In this document: positions 1 through 5,475 of the stretch, piece after piece
Layout: each line of letters begins with the position of its first letter
How positions within the stretch are numbered: position 1 is the stretch's first letter
Source: a virus
IMG/VR virus record: IMGVR_UViG_3300029489_000008
Coordinates: 1-39,099 of that record
Strand: one strand, 5' to 3'
DNA: 39,099 bases
Translations under genes and position numbers: made by a program
The notes under the pieces: generated by a model
Seen by the model: only the letters and a program-made list of their open reading frames with translations
What the model was told of the DNA's origin: nothing
The model's database searches: none

Positions 1-123
1 GGAGGCTCACGCCGATTAAGGAGGATAAGGATGGAACGACTGACAAGCTGGAATGACGACTGCATGAAGATCAATGGGCACGTTCTGTACGATGTGACAT
101 GGGAGGACATCGACATGATGGCC
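1..123. repeat. Left copy of the 123-bp direct terminal overlap
   Basis: ggaggctcacgccgattaagg...gacatgatggcc is identical to 38977..39099 (offset 38976). Confidence 0.95.
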
Positions 124-378
124 GACCGCCTTGCACGCTATGAGGATGCGGATAGCCCGATGATGCGCATTCGACCGGGCGATACGGTCTGGCTGTCTCC
201 AATGCTTTACGAGCGCAGCAAAAAGCCGCGACCGTTTACGGTTGACGCCATACGGATTGATCGGGAGGGCGTGATGCTTATCACAGGGCGACGGAGATTT
301 TCGGCGGAAGCCATTGGAAAGAGCGTGTTTCTTTCCAAAGAGGAAGCGGAAAATGCTTTGCAGGGGATGGAGGAATGA
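31..378 (+). CDS. Hypothetical early protein, paralog 1 of the M-x-RLT / YED / EEAExAL family
   Basis: ATG preceded by AAGGAGG; ATGA overlap with the next gene. Motifs MERLT, RYEDA and a C-terminal EEAENALQGMEE are shared with the next two ORFs. Confidence 0.8.
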   Translation: MERLTSWNDDCMKINGHVLYDVTWEDIDMMADRLARYEDADSPMMRIRPGDTVWLSPMLYERSKKPRPFTVDAIRIDREGVMLITGRRRFSAEAIGKSVFLSKEEAENALQGMEE

Positions 379-878
379 CGATGAAACGTCTGACCTTTGA
401 GGGAAACTTCTGCGAGATTGCGCGGTGCGGGTATCCAACGTGCCCATACAAGGATGGTTGCAGCCAAAAGCAGGTCTGGGAGCAGCTCAAACGGTATGAG
501 GACACCAAACGGACACCGGAGCAGATCGAGGCATTGGAAGCGGCAATCATGGGCAAGGCAGTCGCACAGATTACGGAGTTCGAGGGCCTGCCGATTGCCC
601 GCCTGCGGGAACTGGCCGTGGCTGACAAAGAGGGCCGCGTGGTGGTGCTGCCGTGCAAAGTGGGGGAACGCTGGACAGATGAGGACGGTCGAGCGGTGCG
701 AATAACTTCAGTAATTGTCAGCATAGAGCCATTTGGGATGAACATCAACATCTACTTTGATTATGAGGACGCAACGCCGGACGATGCGGGAAGCGACTGC
801 GTGACAAATTGGGATTATTTCAGTCGCCACTATACCTGCATTAAGGCCGAGCGGGCGCTGGCGGAAATGGAGGAATGA
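375..878 (+). CDS. Hypothetical early protein, paralog 2
   Basis: Motifs MKRLT, KRYEDTKRTPEQIE, LRELAVADKEGRVVVLPCKVG and a C-terminal ERALAEMEE. Start and stop overlap both neighbouring genes. Confidence 0.8.
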   Translation: MTMKRLTFEGNFCEIARCGYPTCPYKDGCSQKQVWEQLKRYEDTKRTPEQIEALEAAIMGKAVAQITEFEGLPIARLRELAVADKEGRVVVLPCKVGERWTDEDGRAVRITSVIVSIEPFGMNINIYFDYEDATPDDAGSDCVTNWDYFSRHYTCIKAERALAEMEE

Positions 879-1582
879 TGATGAAACGACTGACAACCGA
901 TAACCCAACTGACAACATTGAAGCCTCACTGAATCTATTTTACGTCCGCGACGGTGATGCCTTCATTCGAGGAGGCGGAGATGCCCCGGACTATGCAGAT
1001 ATTTCGGTGACTGATTTCATACGCAAGACCGCAAGGACGCTTTGCCCGGATATGCTTTTGCCAGAATCGGCGGAAGAAATCAGTTTTGCAATGGCTGAGT
1101 ATTTGTTTGATGGGTACGAAGAACCAAGTGGTTTGATTGCGCTGCTCTATACTGCTGCATGGTCGTATGCGGAACTGCGCGAGCGGCTGAAAGCCTACGA
1201 GGACACGGGCCTGACGCCGGAGGAAATCAAGGCTCCGTTTACGGAGGACGCGATGATAAATCTGGCAGCGCAGGCGCTGGGAGTGGAACCTAGCCGCCTG
1301 CGGGAGCTGGCCGTGGCCGACAAGGACGGGCGGTGCGTCGTGCTGCCGTGTAAGGTGGGCGATATTTTGTGGATAACCGGAAGTATTCGGAGACTGTATT
1401 CCGCAAAAGTACGGACGTTTTTCATCGGGCATCCTTCAGGCGTGCGCGGGGGAGACAACGATGGTGGAACACAAATGATCCGCACAACAGAATGCGATGT
1501 GCCTATGCGTGACTTTGGCAAAACCGTATTCATGACGCGCGAAGAAGCTGAAAAGGCGCTGGCGGAAATGGAGGGAAAATGA
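875..1582 (+). CDS. Hypothetical early protein, paralog 3
   Basis: Motifs MKRLT, KAYEDTGLTPEEIK, LRELAVADKDGRCVVLPCKVG and a C-terminal REEAEKALAEMEGK. Confidence 0.85.
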   Translation: MMMKRLTTDNPTDNIEASLNLFYVRDGDAFIRGGGDAPDYADISVTDFIRKTARTLCPDMLLPESAEEISFAMAEYLFDGYEEPSGLIALLYTAAWSYAELRERLKAYEDTGLTPEEIKAPFTEDAMINLAAQALGVEPSRLRELAVADKDGRCVVLPCKVGDILWITGSIRRLYSAKVRTFFIGHPSGVRGGDNDGGTQMIRTTECDVPMRDFGKTVFMTREEAEKALAEMEGK

Positions 1583-1761
1583 TGGTAAAAAGAATCTGCG
1601 ACCGATGCGGAGCCGAAATAAACCCTACAAGTTCGGCAACGTATGTAAACGTAAGGGGCGCATATCGCGATCCAACGGGAGAAATCGAGCTTTGCTGTTC
1701 ATGCGGGATGCGAATTCGTGAATGGCTAAAACCGACCGAGGAGGGCAAGAAGAATGTTTGA
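1579..1761 (+). CDS. Small putative zinc-ribbon protein
   Basis: ATGA overlap with the upstream gene. The Cys pattern CDRC...CCSC fits a zinc ribbon. Confidence 0.65.
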   Translation: MMVKRICDRCGAEINPTSSATYVNVRGAYRDPTGEIELCCSCGMRIREWLKPTEEGKKNV

Positions 1762-1978
1762 AAATCGTGTGTGTTTCAGCGTCAGAGGCGAGTTTGGGGC
1801 AGAAATGAAATTCGATTCCGAGGCAGAGATTCCACGCGAAGAACTGGAACGTAGCATTGATAAGAATGTATTGCTCGAAATGATGTGTCTTGATCAGCTC
1901 GGCTATACAGGCGAGGACGTTACGTTTATTTCGCCAGAGGAATACGACAAACAGTATGGAGATGATGACGATGGCTGA
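1754..1978 (+). CDS. Small acidic hypothetical protein
   Basis: Overlaps both neighbours in operon fashion. The C-terminus is DDDDG. Confidence 0.6.
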   Translation: MFENRVCFSVRGEFGAEMKFDSEAEIPREELERSIDKNVLLEMMCLDQLGYTGEDVTFISPEEYDKQYGDDDDG

Positions 1979-2282
1979 CGAATATATCAGGCGCAGCGAT
2001 GCGCTAAATGGCGCCGAACTGTTTCAATGCGGCTGGGCAGAGATCGAAGCCGTACAGACGGATTATATTGAGCGATTGCCCGCCGCTGACGTTGCGCCGG
2101 TGCGGCATGGACACTGGATCGGAGAGGGCGACGGCTATGCCGATGGCGAGCTGGTTTTCGATGTGTGGTACTGCTCCGAGTGCGACTACTGCATCGACGA
2201 CGGGACGGATGATCCGGAGCGCCTGCCGAAATATTGCCCCGGATGCGGCGCTCTGATGGATGGAGGGAATGGCAATGGCTGA
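1971..2282 (+). CDS. MADEYI / AADVAPV / CPxCGAxMDGG small zinc-ribbon protein, array copy 1
   Basis: The internal ATG at 1971 gives MADEYIRRSDAL; the track ORF starts earlier, at 1890. Motifs AADVAPVRHGHW, CSEC and YCPGCGALMDGG. Confidence 0.8.
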   Translation: MADEYIRRSDALNGAELFQCGWAEIEAVQTDYIERLPAADVAPVRHGHWIGEGDGYADGELVFDVWYCSECDYCIDDGTDDPERLPKYCPGCGALMDGGNGNG

Positions 2283-2553
2283 CGAATATATCCTGAGAAG
2301 CATTGCGATTGCGAAGCTGACAGCACTGGAAGTTACTGACCCATTCGCCACGATTGCCGATGCAAAGCGGGTGCTTGCGGATATGGCTGCTGCAGACGTT
2401 GCGAAGGTTGTGCATGGGAAGTGGGGTGACAATGGGATCGCGGGTTCGATGCTGGTGAAATGCTCTTTATGTGGCTTTGACTGCGGAGCAAACAGCTTTT
2501 CTTACTGCCCGAACTGCGGGGCGCGGATGGATGGAGGGAAAGACAATGGCTGA
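2275..2553 (+). CDS. MADEYI-family protein, array copy 2
   Basis: ATGGCTGA overlap with copy 1. Motifs MADEYILRS, AADVAKVVHGKW, CSLCG and YCPNCGARMDGG. Confidence 0.8.
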   Translation: MADEYILRSIAIAKLTALEVTDPFATIADAKRVLADMAAADVAKVVHGKWGDNGIAGSMLVKCSLCGFDCGANSFSYCPNCGARMDGGKDNG

Positions 2554-2920
2554 CGAATATATCGGGCGCGAGGATGCGCTGCGCGCCGTGCAAAGGCAAA
2601 GAGGCGCGAACAGAAGCCCTGCGCAAAATGAAATGCTCAACAGAATTAAGACTGATATAATTCGTGCGCCAGCCGCCGACGTTGCGCCGGTGGTGCGTGG
2701 GAAGCCTATAACAAAAATTCGTGAGGTGACAATTACCGAATACCACGAAGCGCGCGGGGTATTTGCATCGGACGGTTCTAACGTTTATATCAAAAATATG
2801 GTATATGCGAAAGTTCCATATGACCATTGTCCGGTGTGCGGCGCTGTTCTCTGCTCCCGCTGGCACAATTACTGCGGCAAATGCGGGGCGAAGATGGATG
2901 GGGGGAACGAAGGTGAATGA
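2546..2920 (+). CDS. MADEYI-family protein, array copy 3
   Basis: ATGGCTGA overlap with copy 2. Motifs MADEYIGRE, AADVAPVVRGK, CPVCG and YCGKCGAKMDGG. Confidence 0.8.
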   Translation: MADEYIGREDALRAVQRQRGANRSPAQNEMLNRIKTDIIRAPAADVAPVVRGKPITKIREVTITEYHEARGVFASDGSNVYIKNMVYAKVPYDHCPVCGAVLCSRWHNYCGKCGAKMDGGNEGE

Positions 2921-3170
2921 AAGCGCCGCTGACTGGGGCCTTGTTTTCGATACGCTGCTGCTGATAGCGTTTCTTCGGTCAGATGCGGAAACGCCGGAGG
3001 CTGCGGCGGAGAAATTCGCGAAGAAACTCCTTTATATTCCGGAGAATGTGGCCATTTTCGCGGAAACGCCGGAAGAACGGCGCGCACGGAGTGACAAGTG
3101 GTATGCTCAAGAATGGGAGAAAATTAAGCAAGAAATTGAGGAAATGAAAATGTCGGAAGATACCACATGA
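2913..3170 (+). CDS. Hypothetical protein interrupting the array
   Basis: GTG at 2913 overlaps the stop of copy 3; the frame is that of track ORF 2763..3170. The start codon is uncertain. Confidence 0.5.
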   Translation: MNESAADWGLVFDTLLLIAFLRSDAETPEAAAEKFAKKLLYIPENVAIFAETPEERRARSDKWYAQEWEKIKQEIEEMKMSEDTT

Positions 3171-3185
3171 GGAGGGACTTCTTAA

Positions 3186-3509
3186 ATGACAGACGAATAT
3201 CTTGATAGGAGCAGTTTAGTTGCTCGTATGAAGTATTACGAGGAGCACACAACGGAAGGATCTGGTGAGCATTATGCGTATTCAGCTGCACTAAGAGAGA
3301 TAAGAAACGCTCCCGCCGCCGACGTTGCGCCGGTGGTGCATGGGAAGTGGGTGCATAGTCGGTACGATCGTTCTTCTGAGCAGTTCGATGTTGTGAAGTG
3401 CTCCCGCTGCGGCCTCGAGGCGTATGCAATGGCGTACCATGTTCGTGATGGCAACTACTGCCCCAGATGCGGGGCGCGCATGGATGGAGGGAATGAAAAT
3501 GATCCTTGA
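3186..3509 (+). CDS. MADEYI-family protein, array copy 4
   Basis: GAGGAGGGA RBS upstream. Motifs MTDEYLDRS, AADVAPVVHGKW, CSRCG and YCPRCGARMDGG. Confidence 0.85.
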   Translation: MTDEYLDRSSLVARMKYYEEHTTEGSGEHYAYSAALREIRNAPAADVAPVVHGKWVHSRYDRSSEQFDVVKCSRCGLEAYAMAYHVRDGNYCPRCGARMDGGNENDP

Positions 3510-3666
3510 TGTTTTGAATCTGCTGGCGCTGATCGAGTGGATCGCGCTGGGCGTTGTTGTCTGGCTCAAGGCGCGGAGCCTGTATCGCCGCTCGAAAGCG
3601 GTGCTGGACGCGCTGCAATCGGAAGAAATGGAGGACTGTGAAGATGACACGGAAGCGCTGCTGTAA
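3493..3666 (+). CDS. Small single-TM protein
   Basis: The ATG at 3493 overlaps the end of copy 4. Hydrophobic segment LNLLALIEWIALGVVVWL followed by an acidic tail. Confidence 0.55.
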   Translation: MKMILDVLNLLALIEWIALGVVVWLKARSLYRRSKAVLDALQSEEMEDCEDDTEALL

Positions 3667-3865
3667 ATTGCTGATGGCCTGCGGGGCTACCCGGAACGAA
3701 GCAAACCAAGCTATGCGCGTTGCGCACAAAGTGCACAATCTCACAAACTACGAATGTCTCTACCTCGCATTGCCGCCGCTGCTGTATCGGCAGATCCTTT
3801 GCAATCGACCGGGCATTCCTGACACAGTGCTTAAAGCATTTGGTATCAATCCGGACGAATTATAA
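3644..3865 (+). CDS. Hypothetical protein
   Basis: ATG at 3644 with GGAGGA 8 nt upstream. No family recognised. Confidence 0.55.
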   Translation: MTRKRCCKLLMACGATRNEANQAMRVAHKVHNLTNYECLYLALPPLLYRQILCNRPGIPDTVLKAFGINPDEL

Positions 3866-3931
3866 ATGATTTGGACTTTTGCCCGCGCGGGATGCCATTG
3901 CCGTGGCGGGGAGGATCAGCCGGATGATATA

Positions 3932-3955
3932 GCCAGCCCGGATTTCCGGGCTGGC
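3932..3955 (+). promoter_or_regulatory. Perfect 10-bp stem / 4-nt loop hairpin upstream of Rep; candidate double-strand origin
   Basis: gccagcccgg-attt-ccgggctggc with no trailing T-tract. A 10-bp palindrome cccgcgcggg lies at 3882..3891. Confidence 0.4.
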
Positions 3956-3986
3956 ACACAAAGAAAGGGATGATAACATCAGTCGA

Positions 3987-4697
3987 GTGATAGAGCTTCA
4001 GGCCGGGACGCGGTTCCGAGCCATTGAGCTGGCCGCGGCTCCGCAGCAAAAGCGGACGCGGGCGTCGCGGCAATTTGAGACAAGCCTTGTACGGGAGGCC
4101 GTGAACATCAAGACCGCCTGCATGCGGTTGGAGTTTCTGCTTTATGCAAACTTTGCACTGGATGATTGGTTCGTGACGCTGACCTATGACGAGGACTTCC
4201 TTCCACCGAACTATGAGACGGCTCGGAAGAATCAGCCGGCCTACTTCCGCAGGCTGCGGCAGGCGCGCCGGGCGGAGGACCTCCCGTTTGATTATGTGTA
4301 CGTCATGGAGGGTCTGCACGGAGATCATCGCATCCATCACCACTTCGTGACCAAGCGCGCGCCGGGCAACGACATCGCCCTATTCCGTGAACTGTGGGGC
4401 AAGGGCTTTGTCGATGTGCAGACCATTGAGGAGTTCGGCGGCTATCGCGCCGTCGCGCAGTACATGACCAAGGAGCCGCGCAAAACCGGCAAACTCCGGG
4501 TCGGCGCTCGGATGTGGACGCCAAGTATCGGGCTGGTACAGCCGGAGCGGCACGACATCGAGCTTGCACCGGGCGAGCACTACTCGCCGCCGCCAGGCGC
4601 TTCGGCCTTCGAAGGTGGAAAGTTCCCGGAACGTATCGAAAACTGTTACGGAACCTTTGTGACCTACGATTTCGAAATCCCGGCTTTACAAACTTAA
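3987..4697 (+). CDS. HUH-superfamily rolling-circle replication initiator (Rep)
   Basis: Motif 1 FVTLTYD, motif 2 HRIHHHFV (HUH), motif 3 AVAQYMTKE (YxxK), plus YFRRLR and LWGKGFVDV. The GTG start is uncertain. Confidence 0.7.
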   Translation: MIELQAGTRFRAIELAAAPQQKRTRASRQFETSLVREAVNIKTACMRLEFLLYANFALDDWFVTLTYDEDFLPPNYETARKNQPAYFRRLRQARRAEDLPFDYVYVMEGLHGDHRIHHHFVTKRAPGNDIALFRELWGKGFVDVQTIEEFGGYRAVAQYMTKEPRKTGKLRVGARMWTPSIGLVQPERHDIELAPGEHYSPPPGASAFEGGKFPERIENCYGTFVTYDFEIPALQT

Positions 4698-4754
4698 TAT
4701 CTATATTTTGACTTGAAACAATATATAAATACTGGGAAGGAGCGACAAAAGGAC

Positions 4755-4783
4755 TTGCAATCTGAGAAACGGCGTGATATACT
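4755..4783 (+). promoter_or_regulatory. Sigma-70-type promoter TTGCAA-N17-TATACT with a TG extended -10
   Basis: TTGCAA at 4755..4760, a 17-nt spacer ending in tga, and TATACT at 4778..4783. Confidence 0.55.
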
Positions 4784-4787
4784 GTTA

Positions 4788-4961
4788 GTGTCAGCAGACG
4801 GGAAGTTGATTTGCCCGTTGTGCGGGCGGCCGACGCAGCAGCGTGTGCGGCCGACGACCGTGCTGACAGACTTCCCGCTGTACTGCAAGCTGTGCAAGCG
4901 AGAGTCGATCGTGAATATGAGCCAGAGCCAAAACCATCGAGTTAGTGCCAGCGCCAAATGA
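4788..4961 (+). CDS. Cysteine-rich KTR-domain protein
   Basis: LICPLCGRPTQQRV...LTDFPLYCKLCKRESIV matches the CPxCG...FPLxCxxCK pattern of this family. GTG 4788 gives the usual family length of about 57 aa. Alternative starts are TTG 4755 and TTG 4713. Confidence 0.6.
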   Translation: MSADGKLICPLCGRPTQQRVRPTTVLTDFPLYCKLCKRESIVNMSQSQNHRVSASAK

Positions 4962-5030
4962 TTTGACCGTGAAAACGGAGAATCGTTTGGCGCTTTTGTT
5001 TTGCACCCGAGGTGATAGCCGGATGGCATG

Positions 5031-5068
5031 AGCGCCATGATCTCCGTCGTGAGGTCATGGCGCTTTTT
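5031..5068 (+). terminator. Intrinsic terminator 9 nt upstream of the HNH start
   Basis: agcgccatga...tcatggcgct forms a perfect 10-bp stem, extendable to about 14 bp, followed by TTTTT. Confidence 0.7.
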
Positions 5069-5076
5069 GTTTGTCC

Positions 5077-5370
5077 ATGGATTACAAAAGCAAACGCTGG
5101 CTGCACCTGCGCGACGCGGTGCTCCGGCGTGACAAGTACCGATGCCGAGAGGCCGCAAGGTTCGGCAGGAACGAGCTGGCGACCGTTGCCCATCACGTCT
5201 ACCCGGTGGAAGATTTCCCCGGCTGGCAATGGTGCGGCTGGAATCTGATCGCTGTGAGTCAGGCAGCGCACAACAGCTTCCACGACCGCGTGACCGGCAA
5301 GCTGACCGATCGCGGCCTCGCGTGGCAGCGGCGAGTGATCCCCCCTCCCGATGCGCCGCCGCCGTTCTGA
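5077..5370 (+). CDS. Phage HNH endonuclease (packaging-associated)
   Basis: MDYKSKRWLHLRDAVLRRDKYRC...VAHHVYP...NLIAVSQAAHNSFH. It sits directly upstream of the terminase, as in HK97-like cos phages. Confidence 0.85.
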   Translation: MDYKSKRWLHLRDAVLRRDKYRCREAARFGRNELATVAHHVYPVEDFPGWQWCGWNLIAVSQAAHNSFHDRVTGKLTDRGLAWQRRVIPPPDAPPPF

Positions 5371-5475
5371 CCAAAGCACCGGAGTGGGCCCCTTTTCCGA
5401 CGGCGGGAAAACGGGCGGAGGGGGTAAGCGAGGAGGCCCGAGGCGCGCGGGTGCGCGCGAAAAAAGAATCATGCG

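Noticed and set aside
2240-3510. The regularly recurring motif atggatggaggg...aatggctgacgaatat, considered as a possible CRISPR-like or non-coding repeat array.
   Set aside because: The repeats are the in-frame C- and N-terminal coding ends of paralogous genes. Spacing is irregular and gene-sized, and there are no short uniform spacers and no cas genes.
4713-4787. The annotated upstream extension of the KTR ORF (TTG 4713).
   Set aside because: No RBS is present, and the extension would contain the strong promoter within the coding region. Family members I recall are about 57 to 66 aa with roughly 7 to 8 residues before the first CPxCG, which fits GTG 4788. TTG 4755 after GGAAGGAG remains an alternative.
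5443-5458. The GC hairpin gcgcgc-gggt-gcgcgc, considered as a terminator before the terminase.
   Set aside because: It is followed by an A-run rather than a T-run on the coding strand. It is more plausibly part of a cos or terminase recognition region, and it is mentioned only in that context.
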